Assembly: GCA_964016885.1 (NCBI GenBank)
Contig: OZ024741.1
Location: 307,272,001 to 307,336,000 of the forward strand
From: Eledone cirrhosa
Lineage: Eukaryota
DNA: 64,000 nt
Reading direction: 5' to 3'
In this document: positions 50,396 through 63,864 of the stretch, piece after piece
Numbering within the stretch: the first letter of the stretch is position 1
How the letters are laid out: the number at the start of each line of letters is the position of its first letter
Notes under the pieces: model-generated
The model's input: only the letters and a program-made list of their open reading frames with translations
What the model was told of the DNA's origin: nothing
Database searches by the model: none
Program-made: the position numbers and the translations under genes

Positions 50396-50590
50396 AGATC
50401 AGAGCAAACAGCACAGACACTCTATCTCAAAATTATTTTTGAAAAGCATTTAGAAATGCGCAACCGGTAAAAACTTAAAAACTTAAAACCACAACTGAAT
50501 ACTAACCCATACAATCACTAATACTCTTTTATTCCTAATTAAACCATTTTTCAACTGTGAACAATTTGTCAGCATTTTCTATTCCGTTTA

Positions 50591-50595
<5 letters not shown>
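50395..50595 (+). mobile_element. Family G solo copy with GCAA-variant hammerhead
   Basis: Nearly identical to 46843-47040. Confidence 0.85.
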
Positions 50596-50661
<66 letters not shown>

Positions 50662-50708
50662 GTATATATATGTATATATCTATATATCTATAGATATATA
50701 TGTATATA

Positions 50709-50812
<104 letters not shown>

Positions 50813-50840
50813 TATGTATATATCTATCTATATATAGATA

Positions 50841-53800
50841 TGTATCCCCACAAACAGCCACCACCATAATACATACTCTAATTTAACACCAACACAACCA
50901 CCAATAACTCAAACAAGGAATCCACAAATCTGCCGTTTTTCCCTGCGAGACAGATTGTGTTTAGACCGGGATTGTCCCTTTACCCATCTCCCGGGGACCC
51001 GTCGGATAAATGAAAATGAAAATAAAATTAAAAATAAAAGCAAAAACAAAAACCATAACCTACATAAAAATAACCACTACCACAGTCACCAACAGTCTTC
51101 TAAACAGGAAACTTCTTCCTCTTTTTTAGCCATAATGAATCTGGCAAAAGAACTGGAAAAAAACATTCGAGCTATCACCCAGCACCACCCTCCACTATCA
51201 CCCCACTGCACAAACTTCCATTGCTGCCATTAACAAACAAACAAATTAACAACACACCAAAACAATTAAAACCATCCACTCTCGCCTCTACATTTTTGCT
51301 TAACGCCCAAGGCATCAGCCCTTCCACCAATACTCAAAAATGGAAGATCAAATTCCTGGAGGACTGGATTGATGTCCATCCAAACCACATCCCTTTCTTC
51401 GTCCACACTGAAACCCATCTCAGTAACCTCCACTTGGAAGCCGAGGTGAAAGTGAAAAATTTCAAAGCCATCCGTGCTGATCGCGCTGGCAGAAGAAAGG
51501 GCGGAACTGCCATTTATGTCCATAATTCTTTCTCAACAGAGGCTATGAACATATTCACTAATGGATACTGTGAGGCAGTCACTGTATTCAGTCAAACCAA
51601 CAACCTATTAGTAGTTGGGCTCTATAGGCCACCCCAAATGCCTGTACCATGCTTCAAGGAATGCCTCAACAGCATAAAGTGTTTCATCCAAGAGTGTCAC
51701 CCTGACAACATCTTAATGATGGGGGACTTCAACCTCCCCGGAGTTGACTGGTCCACAAACACCCTGCCACCAGGTTCTTCTGCCTCAACCTCTGACAGGG
51801 AAGCTGTGGAATCACTTCTTGACTTCATGGATGATTTCTTCCTATCCCAACTAGTGCTCGAACCAACGAGGTGCCACAAAAACGTCCTAGACTTAATTTT
51901 CAGCAATCACACTGACAATATCCACAATATTGCAGTGGAGAAAACTCTACTCTCTGATCATGACATGGTTCTCTGTGATCTGAGATTCCACCGTCCAATA
52001 TACAAACCCAATGTCATCTCTCCTGTCCATCCGTTTGACGCTATGGATTTCCACAATGCAAACTGGGAAGCGGTCAGTCATGATCTTGCACATGTCGACT
52101 GGTCCTTCACGCACACTCATACACCCACTAACATCAAAAAGTCCTGGCAGACATTTGTGGACACTGTTACAAACATATGTGCTAAACACACCCCATTAAG
52201 AACTATAAACAAATCTAAGAGCAGAATCCCTAGAAATAGAAAAACGCTCATCAGAAAAATTAAGAGAACGAACAAAAAAATCAACAAGCTGAAATACTGT
52301 CAGCAGCAACACATCAACTTGACTGCCATTTCATCACTAGAGATTAAAAAACATAACCTCCAAAACAACATAATGTCCCTCATCAACAATCAGAGAAGAG
52401 CTGAAGAGGCCTGGGCCATTGAGAAGATCAAACTCAATCCCAAAATGTTCTTTTCATTTGCAAAAAAACACAAAATCACTGGCTCTACTGTTGGCCCTCT
52501 AATTGATGAAAATGGCACTCTTCAAGACAATGCTAAAACCATGGGTGAGATACTGCAGAAAGAATACTGCTCTGTTTTCAGCAATCCTGATATGGCCGAT
52601 CTGGGCTGTATCGGCGATGTTACTCCCCATTACACCTTATCGGACATAACGTTTGGCGCCCCTGATGTCTTGGCGGCAATAAAGGAAATCAAGCATAATT
52701 CAGCAGTAGGTCCCGATAGGTTCCCTGCTTGTGTCCTGAAGGCGTGTCAACACCAACTTGCTTCTCCTCTTGCCAATCTGTGGCGGAACTCACTGGATGC
52801 TGGATATGTGCCAGAAAACCTTCTATCCCAGTCTGTTGTCCCAGTTTTCAAAAAGGGAAACAAATCCCTTGCCGTGAATTACCGTCCAATCTCACTCACC
52901 TCTCATATCATTAAGGTATTTGAGCGAGTGGTGAGATCGCGAATGACCCACTTCCTTGAGAGTAACAATATGCTGAACTCCAACCAGCATGGATTCCGTA
53001 ATGGAAGGGATTGCCTGACGCAACTACTGCATCACTTTGATGACATTTTGAGAGCCTTGGGAGAGGGTTCCAACACTGATGTTATCTACCTTGATTTCAG
53101 CAAGGCCTTTGACAGGGTTGATCATAACATTCTACTGAGAAAGCTGTCCAATATTGGTGTCACTGGAAAGCTGCTGCAGTGGATCAAGAGCTTCCTGTCA
53201 AACAGAACCCAACATGTTGTAGTTGAGGGAGTCAAATCAAGCCCAGCCAAAGTCAGTAGTGGAGTCCCACAAGGCACTGTGTTGGGCCCACTTCTCTTCA
53301 TCATCTATATTAATGACATCACTGACATCATCAAACACAGCAACATTAAAATTTTCGCTGATGATTCCAAGCTCCAAAAGGTCATCAATGGCGTGGATGA
53401 CCGGATAAGCCTTCAGTCAGACCTACTGGCTGTTACCCAATGGGCAGAAAAGAACAACATGTTACTGAACGAGGACAAATTCGAACTGATCCACTTTGGA
53501 AAAGAGGATGCTCTGAAACTCCCGTACTCCCTTCCCTCCGGGGAAACTCTCGTGGCATCTAACAACATCAGAGACTTGGGAGTAACCGTGGACAGCAACA
53601 TAAGCTGGACCACGCATATAAGCAGCAAAGTTGACATGGCCCGCAGAATGTGTTCCTGGATCCTCAGAACCTTCCAGTCGAGAGATTCCCGCACCATTAT
53701 CCTTCTCTTCTCTACTTTCGCCCGACCACACCTTGAATACTGTTGTCCACTGTGGTCTCCCCACACGAAACAAAGTATCATGAAACTTGAAGCTCCTCAA

Positions 53801-54338
53801 AGGGCAATCACGAAAAAGATAGATGGCATGTCAGACCTTGACTACTGGGGTCGATTGGAAAACCTGAAACTTTACTCACTCCAACGTCGCCGTGAGCGTT
53901 ATATTATCTGCATGATGTGGAAAATGTTCCATCATCACTGCCCAAATGATGTTGGCATCGCCTTCAAGATACACCCAAGGCTTGGGCCCCGTGCTATCCG
54001 TCCCATTCAAAAATCTAAATCGCAACTCATAACAACAATACGGCACAATTATTTCACCTCAATCGGCCCTGCTCTCTTCAACATCACACCAGGACACATC
54101 AAAACAGAAACTGACCACTCAAAATTCAAGAAGTCTTTGGACAAATTCCTCCAAGTAATCCCGGACAAACCACCCACACCCGGATATGTCTCCGCAAACA
54201 GTAATTCTCTTCTCGAATGGGCCATGGTGCCCAAATCCTGAATTGAAAGACTTCGCCAGGTGGTGCTATTAAGTTAGACATGGCCTGGGCCAATACTGGC
54301 CAAAACATTTCAAAGTTATTCAAAGTTATTCAAAGTTA
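50841..54338 (+). mobile_element. CR1-group LINE (family B), truncated within ORF1, intact ORF2
   Basis: ORF1 remnant with CCCH finger (CRFSLRDRLCLDRDCPFTH), ORF2, and a (TTCAAAGTTA)3 tail. Confidence 0.93.
51221..54241 (+). CDS. LINE ORF2: APE endonuclease + reverse transcriptase (frame actually open from 51104)
   Basis: 1006 aa uninterrupted: FLLNAQGI, ETHL, GDFN, LDL, SDH; NYRPISLTS, QHGFR, LDFSKAFD, GVPQGTVLGP, FADD. Confidence 0.95.
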   Translation: MLPLTNKQINNTPKQLKPSTLASTFLLNAQGISPSTNTQKWKIKFLEDWIDVHPNHIPFFVHTETHLSNLHLEAEVKVKNFKAIRADRAGRRKGGTAIYVHNSFSTEAMNIFTNGYCEAVTVFSQTNNLLVVGLYRPPQMPVPCFKECLNSIKCFIQECHPDNILMMGDFNLPGVDWSTNTLPPGSSASTSDREAVESLLDFMDDFFLSQLVLEPTRCHKNVLDLIFSNHTDNIHNIAVEKTLLSDHDMVLCDLRFHRPIYKPNVISPVHPFDAMDFHNANWEAVSHDLAHVDWSFTHTHTPTNIKKSWQTFVDTVTNICAKHTPLRTINKSKSRIPRNRKTLIRKIKRTNKKINKLKYCQQQHINLTAISSLEIKKHNLQNNIMSLINNQRRAEEAWAIEKIKLNPKMFFSFAKKHKITGSTVGPLIDENGTLQDNAKTMGEILQKEYCSVFSNPDMADLGCIGDVTPHYTLSDITFGAPDVLAAIKEIKHNSAVGPDRFPACVLKACQHQLASPLANLWRNSLDAGYVPENLLSQSVVPVFKKGNKSLAVNYRPISLTSHIIKVFERVVRSRMTHFLESNNMLNSNQHGFRNGRDCLTQLLHHFDDILRALGEGSNTDVIYLDFSKAFDRVDHNILLRKLSNIGVTGKLLQWIKSFLSNRTQHVVVEGVKSSPAKVSSGVPQGTVLGPLLFIIYINDITDIIKHSNIKIFADDSKLQKVINGVDDRISLQSDLLAVTQWAEKNNMLLNEDKFELIHFGKEDALKLPYSLPSGETLVASNNIRDLGVTVDSNISWTTHISSKVDMARRMCSWILRTFQSRDSRTIILLFSTFARPHLEYCCPLWSPHTKQSIMKLEAPQRAITKKIDGMSDLDYWGRLENLKLYSLQRRRERYIICMMWKMFHHHCPNDVGIAFKIHPRLGPRAIRPIQKSKSQLITTIRHNYFTSIGPALFNITPGHIKTETDHSKFKKSLDKFLQVIPDKPPTPGYVSANSNSLLEWAMVPKS

Positions 54339-54356
54339 TATATATATATATATATC

Positions 54357-55610
54357 TTTATACTTTGGGAGGGTCATGTTGCCAATAAGAGAGACACTAC
54401 AACACTTCATCCACCGTATGCAGTTCTCTGGCTACAATCAGAGAGATAGAATCAGAGTGTATAGAGGAGCCAGAACCAAATGGGAAAAAATGGTAAATAA
54501 TGACATGAATGGGACCTGCCCCTTGTATAGGAGCAAATTTTGGAATAGAATAGAAAGAACTAGGAACAAGGCTAATAGAATAAACTCATGGTATGATAGC
54601 AATAAATACCAGAGTGTAATGTTCATCGATACAACCCCTAGAGGTGAACTAGCTTACAAATTTAGAAGGGCCCTTGATAAACATAAACTCGATATTAAGA
54701 TAGTAGAAAGACCAGGTACATCCGTAAAAATACTTATTAGCAAGACATACCCTTTTCAAAGACCCTCATGTATAGATAAGAAATGTGTAACCTGTAAAAT
54801 AAGCCCCCATATTAACTGTAAAACTAGAAATGTAGTGTATAGTATAAGATGTACTGAAGGACAATGTAGAGACAAAAAAATAGTGTACATAGGTGAGACA
54901 GCTCGTAGTGTAGGGGAACGGATAAATGAACACTGGCGAGACCTTCAAGATAATAAAGAATCATCTGTACTCTACCAACATGCTAAAATAGAACACAAGG
55001 GTAAATTGGAGAACATAGAAATAAAAATAGAATCTACACACCGAAAAGACGCAATGTTTAGATAAATTACAGAGGCAGTAAACATAAAAGAATTACAACC
55101 AACATTAAATAGAAAATATGAGTGGAACAGCAACATCACAACTTACAATTAAGGACAAAATGAAAACACACACACACATAGAACAAACAATCAACCAGTA
55201 ACATGTAAATAAACAAATAGATAAATGAACATAAACACACACAGACACCCGGATGTGGCGCATGCGCAGACTGAGCACACAACACACACACAGAAACAAA
55301 ATGGCGTAGGACAGAACAAAGGAGAGGCACAGAAACAAAGAAAGGAATCCCCAGTCACTGAAGAGGTCACAGAGTGTGTGACGAAAGAACTATGACTATA
55401 TATAAACAACTATCTGGTTGTGGAACCAACCAACCAACCAGAAATTTATAAATTTGTAAATTTATAAATATATAATAAATTGAAGTGAAAGCAACTTGTG
55501 CGTGTGTTTCTTATTGGCAACATGACCCTCCCAAAGTATAACAATATCGGTTTCAACACACGATTTCAGATAAAGAATCTTGCTAAACAAATTCAGAAAC
55601 GAAATATCTA
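54357..55610 (+). mobile_element. 5'-truncated PLE (GIY-YIG) with short inverted 5' pseudo-LTR piece
   Basis: CIDKKCVTC...CKTRNVVYSIRC...YIGETARS; ~54359-54390 is the reverse complement of ~55509-55540. Confidence 0.88.
55353..55397 (+). ncRNA. Type-I hammerhead ribozyme
   Basis: AGTCA-CTGAAGA-gGTCAC...GTGAC-GAAA-GAA-CTA-TGACT. Confidence 0.85.
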
Positions 55611-55630
55611 TATATCTATATATATATATG

Positions 55631-55701
<71 letters not shown>

Positions 55702-55794
55702 ACCTATATATATATATCTATATATATATTTATGTATCTATATATCTATATATATGTATCTCTATGTATATATATATATATATATATGTATGTA

Positions 55795-55857
<63 letters not shown>

Positions 55858-56038
55858 ATATATATATCTATTTATATATCTATATATCTATATATATATA
55901 TATATATGTATGTATCTATATATCTATATATCTATATATATATATGTATGTATCTGTATATCTATATATATATGTATCTATATATCTATATATATATATG
56001 TATGTATCTATATATCTAAATATATATATATGTATGTA

Positions 56039-56090
<52 letters not shown>

Positions 56091-56097
56091 TATAAAC

Positions 56098-56149
<52 letters not shown>

Positions 56150-56164
56150 ATATATATATATATA

Positions 56165-59100
56165 TATACGATATTAATAAATGGAAACTATATTTATAAA
56201 ACCATATTTATTTCATTATACATATTTCAGGGATACCAAATTAAATTATGGTATGCCTTCATTAGACAAAATACAATATATAACAGTTTTACAAATAAGC
56301 TTTGACGTACCCTTTTATAATGCAACCATTATTTTTGGAAGCCATCTGGATAGTGAGTTGTTTATATTATTTTAATAAGTCATAGTGTTAAGGACAATTA
56401 GAAAAAGACGGAGAGAAAGAAAAAGATTAATTGCACCATCTAAATCTGACCTGGGCAAACTTAGCAAATATATTCTAGACAGGGTAATACAACAAATTAA
56501 AAACTTACCTAATTTATCTTACTTAAAATTATGGAAAGGGACTAGTGAGGTTATCGATTGGTTTAAAGAAATTAAATATAACTATAATAATAAGTTTATT
56601 CAGCTGGATATTGCTAACTACTATTCATCTATCACTCCTAATCTACTGAATAAGGCACTAAATTACGCATTTAAACATACAGACCTAACTAGCAATGAAA
56701 TGCACATTATATTATCGGCAAGGAAAACATTGATAGAATTTAATAACCAACTCTGGACTAGGGCAGATAGAAATAATAATTTCGACATAACTATGGGATC
56801 ATCAGACTCAGCTCAGGTAACGGACCTTGTGGGCCTATTTATAATTAATTCGCTACATATACCAGGTGTAACCGGAGGATTATATCGTGATGACATGCTT
56901 TTACTTATACAAAATAATAGCTATGAACTAAATAGAAAAAAAAACAAATTATACAATTTTTTAATTACCTTAATCTAAAAGTAGAAATAGAGAATAACCA
57001 TAAAATAGTCAATTTTCTTGACGTAACACTAAATCTCAACACATGTCTTCATTATCCATTTCACAAACTAAATGAGAACTTGAATTATGTTAATTTTAAA
57101 TCTAATCACCCCAGATCTGTTAAAAATTCTAGAGTGAACTCTGTTCAAGAAAGAATTTCATGAATTTCTTCTAATAAAAATATATTTGATGAAAAAGCGC
57201 AGTATTACAACGAAGCGTTAGGTAGAGCTGGATATAGAAATAAAATTAAATACATTGATAATAATAATAATAAGCAAACTAACCAAAATAATAACAATTT
57301 TAATTATGGTAACAACTTTAACAACTATAATAGAAAACATTACAATAATTCCAAAAGCCGAAAAAGAAATAGAACTAGAAACATATTATGGTTTGCTCCC
57401 CCTTTCTCACTAAATATTAAAACCCCTATTGCTAAACTATTCTTTAAAGCTCTTGACAACGCTTCCCTAGAACACATAAATATTACTCAATTTTTATTAG
57501 ACACACTATAAAATTAACTTACTCGTCCACCAAAAATTTAGCACAAAATGTTAATAGAATTAATAATAGAAATTTAAAACCTAACCAAAATACCAATAAT
57601 AACCCAAGCAATATTCAATTGAATAACTGTAACTGTAGAAATAAATCTAACTGTCCGTTAAATAACAACTGCTTAGCTAAAAATGTAGTGTACAATTGTA
57701 ATGTTAAAACTAATTTAAATTCATTTAACTATGTTGGTTCTACCTCTACAGAATTTAAATTTCGCTTCAATAATCATAAAAATTCTTTCACAGATCCAAA
57801 CAAAAAATCTTCACCTTCGCTATCTAGCCTACTATGGGACCTAAAACGAGATAATGTTAAATATTCGATGATTTGGAATATTATTTCATAAGCTACTCCT
57901 TTTAATTCCTCTTCAGAAAATTGTGATCTTTGTATTGAAGAAATATTCTTTATATTAAAGTCCAAAAGTTCCCTTAATTTAAGGAACAAATTATTCAGTT
58001 GCTTCAGACATAGATTGAACTCAACGTTTAAATATAAATATAAATTTAAAATGTAGTATAATTAATTAAGTAATTTAGTTAATATATGAAACCTGTCGAT
58101 AAATCATTAGATTCCTTCACCTTTTTCTTTTTAAACTTTCTTCCTAAATATAAACATAGATATAATAAACTACTCTAAAATGTCTATACTTCCAATGTCT
58201 TAAATAAAATATACGTAACATAAATTTCTATACTAAATATAAGGATATCTGTAGAATCCTTGGGTTTTTTAAATCTTTTAAATTTTTAAATTTTTGAAAC
58301 TTTTTTAAATTTTTTAAATTTTTAAATTTTTAAATTATATTGATATGATATTTATTTAACTTTTATTTTATTTTTATTTTTATTTTTATTTATTTTTATT
58401 ATTTTTGTTTTGATTCTGATAGCTTCTCATAATTTTCATAAGTCTACCCTTTCAATATCTTAATTGAAATATACGTAGGATAAATTTCTATACTAAATAT
58501 ATGAAACATATTATTTTAACTTAAGATACTCTATAGTGTTTTAAAGATATTTAATGCTTTGATATTTCTAGAATTCGTTTGTCCTTTTGACTATACTGAT
58601 ATAATTGTATTTCCAAAATATAATCTTTAGTATTTTAAATTTATATTGTTATAATTATATTTCCAAAGTATAATCCTTAGTAATATATTGATATTTGATT
58701 ATCTCTATACAAATGTGTATGTGTGTATTAACATGCATATAAAATTGTTATAGGTTTTTTATGATTGTATATATGTCTATGTATACATGAGCGATGCGGG
58801 AAGACGTACGCAAATATTTATTTATACATATGTATGTGTATATATATATATGTATATGTGTGTGGGTAAGAGATATGTTGCCTAACCACGCAGTTTTGAT
58901 TGCAGATATGCATAATTTTGACAGAATGTTAAATGCATGAATGGTAATCGTATATATTTATGTATATATACTGTGAACTTTTTATAACACAAGTAATGTA
59001 TAGCAGTGATTAAGAGAAATCGTCTGCGTTTTGTATGTCTATATTGTTGACATGAGTACATATAATTTCTATTTTCAGGACGTGCGTATATATATATATA

Positions 59101-59870
59101 TATATTTGTGTGTCTTTGCCTAAGATGCTGATTTCTCTAGCAATGTGTACATTTTAGATGATTAAACCCAAATTTTGGTATATTGATCTCAAGTTTTAAC
59201 CTAAACATATAGTTATTATTAAACAATGTTTAATTTCTCATATTATATATTTATGTCCCATTCATGAATATTAATATTTATATTTTTATTATTCATTTCA
59301 TATAAATTGTTAACTCAACTTAATATGACATGACGTAAAGTTTTCATTATCTCCCCCTCTCTCCATATAATATTTCTCTCTCTTGAGATTTTCTATCTGT
59401 CTGATGACTTAATATCGCTCTGTTGCTTTCCTCTGTTTTTCTTATTTCTTCCTTTTTTCTTTTTTCTTTCTTTCCTCCTGTCTTTATTTATCTCTTTCTT
59501 TTTTTTCCATGCATTTCTCTCTCTCCGATAATTCTCCACGTTTCTTTCTTTCTCTCCGTCTTTTTCTAATTGTGCTTAACACTATGACTTATTAAAATAA
59601 TATAAACAACTCACTATCCAGATGGCTTCCATAAATAATGGTTGCATTTTAAAAGGGTACGTCACAGCTTATTTGTAAAACTGTTATATATTGTATTTTG
59701 TCTGATGAAGGCATACCATAATATAATTTGGTATCCCTGAAATATGTATAATGAAATAAATATGGTTTTATAAATATAGTTTCCATTTATTAATATCGTA
59801 TATCTACTCCAAATACTTGTCGAGTGCTTTATATCAGTTATAAAAATATTTACTTTTAAATAGAACTTTT
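56165..59870 (+). mobile_element. PLE (Hydra-like RT + GIY-YIG pseudogene, ~56420-58056) with long 3' UTR and inverted 5' pseudo-LTR
   Basis: FIQLDIANYYSSI, FDITMGS, GLYRDDML, NFLDVTLNL, CNCRNKSNCPL, YVGST; ~56167-56400 is an inverted copy of ~59567-59800. Confidence 0.92.
59695..59757 (+). ncRNA. Type-I hammerhead ribozyme; inverted copy at 56210-56272 has G5>A
   Basis: ATTTTGT-CTGATGA-AGGcATACCA...TGGTATcCCT-GAAA-TATGT-ATA-ATGAAAT. Confidence 0.82.
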
Positions 59871-59872
59871 GC

Positions 59873-59925
<53 letters not shown>

Positions 59926-59926
59926 C

Positions 59927-59997
<71 letters not shown>

Positions 59998-60050
59998 TAA
60001 ACAAATAATGAATAAACAATGAGACAGTTCCTTATATTAAACAAAAAAAG

Positions 60051-60204
60051 TTCATTATTTAACGATCGTTTCTAGGATATATATGTGTTAGAATTGGCAT
60101 GCATATTCAACAGATCTATGTACAAAATTATACAAAATTATACAAACTATCAAGATTAAATATACATACCAACACATATATACGCCGTCTTCAGAAATAA
60201 TGAA
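60051..60204 (-). ncRNA. Type-I hammerhead with ~120-nt stem II
   Basis: TTCATTATTT-CTGAAGA-[long hairpin]-GAAA-CGATC-GTT-AAATAATGAA; 10-bp stem I; palindrome ACGATCGT. Confidence 0.78.
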
Positions 60205-60596
60205 GTATATTTATTGATAATAACAACAATTCAAAATTTCAGGTCCGTTTGGGAACAAAATTGACCAATGAAAACACAAAAGGTTAAATGCAGTTCGGTG
60301 TGTGTATATACATGTAAAACCCTTACACATATTTTACAAAAATGTATGTATAATTTGTATACGCATACTAAAAGGATGGATGCAAATACAAAATTTCAAG
60401 GTTAATGTCTCTGTAAGTTTATAATGCACAGATAAGATGCGTATAGACACACAAATATGAAATTAAGTATATAAATATATTTTTTCATACTCACACATAT
60501 CCGTACAATCACACATACACGCGCGTATATGCATAAATATACACATAACCACGAACATACAAACACACACACACCCCCACTCACATTTATATATGT

Positions 60597-60649
<53 letters not shown>

Positions 60650-60652
60650 TAC

Positions 60653-60727
<75 letters not shown>

Positions 60728-60798
60728 TAGATAGATATAGATATATATCTAGATATATATATATTATCTCTATATATATATATCTATATATATTTCTA

Positions 60799-62381
60799 TA
60801 TGTAAGCGGGCCTTAGCAACTCCACTGAAGATGCTCTTCAGAAGCTCCTTGGCTAGCGGTGTACTACCCAGGGAGCTGAAAGAAGGCACAATATGCCCTA
60901 TCCATGAAGGAGGTAGTAGAGCGGAGGCCAAGAACCTGACGTCGCATATCAGTAAGGTTATGGAGCGAGTCGTCAGAAAGAAACTAATCACTTTCCTCGA
61001 GGAAAATGACCGCCTGACTAGCACGCAACATGGCTTCCGCACAGGAAGAAGCTGCCTTACACAGCTGCTACATCACTACGACTGGGTACTGAGACAACTA
61101 CTAGACAGCTCACATGTGGACGTGATATATCTTGACTTTGCGAAGGCCTTTGACAAGGTCGACCACGGAATGATATGTCACAAACTACACGGACTCGGCA
61201 TAACTGGAAAAGTAGGTGAGTGGCTGCATGGCTTCCTAAGGGACAGAAGCCAGGCAGTCGCAGCAAATGGGGCCCTCTCGAGGGAAACACCAATAACAAG
61301 TGGGGTGCCCCAGGCGACAGTCCTGGGACCACTACTGTTTTTGGTGGCTCTCTTGGACATGCCCTCTGTGGTGCATGCAACAACATCCCTCACTAGCTAT
61401 GCTGATGACACTAAGGTAGCACAGGCAATCAAAAACCCGGCTGACGCTGCCCTTTTACAGCAGGATCTGGATGCCATATACAATTGGGCGGAAGAAAACA
61501 ACATGCAGTTTAATGCTGGCATATTCAAAGCCCTACAATACAAACCTGCAAACACAAATATAGTGGAACACAGCTACAGAGGACCAGGAGGGACCGATAT
61601 CCCCGTGTCAAAATCGATACGAGACCTGGGCATAGACATGAGCGATGATGCATCTTTTTCTTCACACATCATGAAAGTGGCGACAATGTACAGACGACTC
61701 GCTGGCTGGATCTTGAGGACTTTCCGGATAAGAGATCGAGACACCATGTTGACACTGTGGAGGACTTTTGTCCTAAGCCGCCTGGACTACTGCTCCCAGT
61801 TGTGGTCACCCCATAGTGTCAAACTAACCACGGAGCTTGAGGCAATCCAGCGAGGCTACACCAAGAGGATTGCCAAAATGAGGGAGACAAGCTACTGGGC
61901 GAGGCTAAAGGAACTGAACCTCTACTCCTTGGAGCGAAGACGGGAGAGATACGCAGTGATCTACATGTGGAAAATCCTGGAGGGACTAGCACCAAACTTT
62001 GGCATTGGGAGCTGGACCAACCGTCGAACAGGACGTCACTGTGTGGTGCCAAAGGTCCCGTCTTCCACATCTAGAATAAGGAGCAGGTATTGCAATAGCC
62101 TGGGATTCAAGGGCCCTCAACTCTTCAACAGGCTGCCGAGGGATCTGAGAGACTTGCATGACGTGGAGGTGGATGTCTTTAAGTAACATCTCGACACCTT
62201 GTTATCCAGGATCCCGGATGAGTCCACAGCAAGACACGAGGGAAACCTAATGGCAGCAGCAATAAACTCCCTCTTACACGAGTGGCCAACCTATACAGGC
62301 TGGAGATAAAATGTGTAGCAACAAGGGCAGTGCCCCAGCATGTCCTCAGCCGGATGGCTGAAACAGGTAAAAGAGTAAAAG
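60799..62381 (+). mobile_element. CR1-group LINE family A, 5'-truncated copy 2 (RT domain)
   Basis: 451-aa ORF 60831-62186 with RT motifs; matches 5905-7400. Confidence 0.93.
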
Positions 62382-62382
62382 C

Positions 62383-62453
<71 letters not shown>

Positions 62454-62459
62454 TATATA

Positions 62460-62985
62460 CATTGGTAAACGGAAAAGAAAGTGCTGACAAATTGTTCACA
62501 GTGAAAAATAGTTTAATTAGGAATAATTGAGAATTAGTAATTGTATTCGTTAGTGTTCAGTTTTGGTATTAAGTTTTACCGGTTGCGCATTTCTAATGCT
62601 TTTCAAAAATAATTTTGAGAGAGAGCGTCCGTAATGGTTTCTCTGATCTGATTAGTTTTGGGAATTCTACCTGTTTTTATGTTAAAAAAGTGGCTCCAGC
62701 GGTATTAAAATAGGTTTTGCGCCAATTCGTGTTGCAAAAATTCTTGTGGTCAAAACAATTTTGATTGGTCGGTAGAGGTCATGTGAATGTAAAAAATTGA
62801 TTTTGCGCCAAATGTAGGTTTGTGTCGGCTGACTGAGAAATGACTCTTTCACAACAAATATGTGTGTGTGTCTGTGTGTAGTAGTAGTAAAGTATTTGTT
62901 GTTGTGATAATGGTTAGCAGGGATGTGTGTGCGAACCGCAGCCTGTTGACAGTTCAAATGCCTATTAAGACAAGTGTGTGTGTGT
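62460..62985 (-). mobile_element. Family G long copy with GCAA-variant hammerhead (62574-62609)
   Basis: Reverse complement of 8765-9254 with an internal indel. Confidence 0.85.
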
Positions 62986-63610
62986 AGCAAAGTAATTCCT
63001 GGTAGAGGGATGGTCAGTAGGAATGTGTCTGTAAATGAGTGGCGGATATTTTAACATGTTAAAAGATATTTTTCAGCTCTTGCCTTATACGGAGAAGTGT
63101 GTGTGTGTGTGGGTGTGTGTGTGTGTGTCTCTTTGTATGTTAATGTACGCGTGTGTATGTGTGCGTATATATGCGCGCGTGTGTGTGTGTGTGAGAATGT
63201 GTGTGTGTGCGTGTGTGGGTGGACCAGTATTTTTTACCTGGTAAAATGGTGTACATTATTCGATATTTTCAGTAAAATTGATTCTCTCAATAGAACATCA
63301 AAAACCTTAATTATAAAAGATGTGAAATGATATTCACTATATATATATATATATAACATTCACTTAATTTATTGATTTATTGATTTTTTATCTGAGTGTC
63401 CCGAATCTTCCGGATCGCAAATTTTCGATCGTACGGTTGATTATAGACTTGTTCTGTGTGTGACGGTATTTTAACGATAGTTATAGCTCTGATTTATCTA
63501 AATTATGGAGCACTCTGCCGCTCATATCGAATTTTGTTTATCGTGAACTGGTGCGCCGATTTTTCGATACTCGATTATTCTACTATATATATTCACTATA
63601 TATATATATA

Positions 63611-63672
<62 letters not shown>

Positions 63673-63864
63673 TATATATATCTATATATATATATTGTTA
63701 TACTTGGGGAGGGTCATATTTGTGTAATATTGCCAGAAATAATAACAGAACACACTCACTGTTTGGTTGGTTTTCGCTTCTCGCTGTCTTTTATATCTGC
63801 GATCTAACTTACTCGGTCCTCAATGTTGCCATTGACTGACCGACGGATATATATATATCTATAT

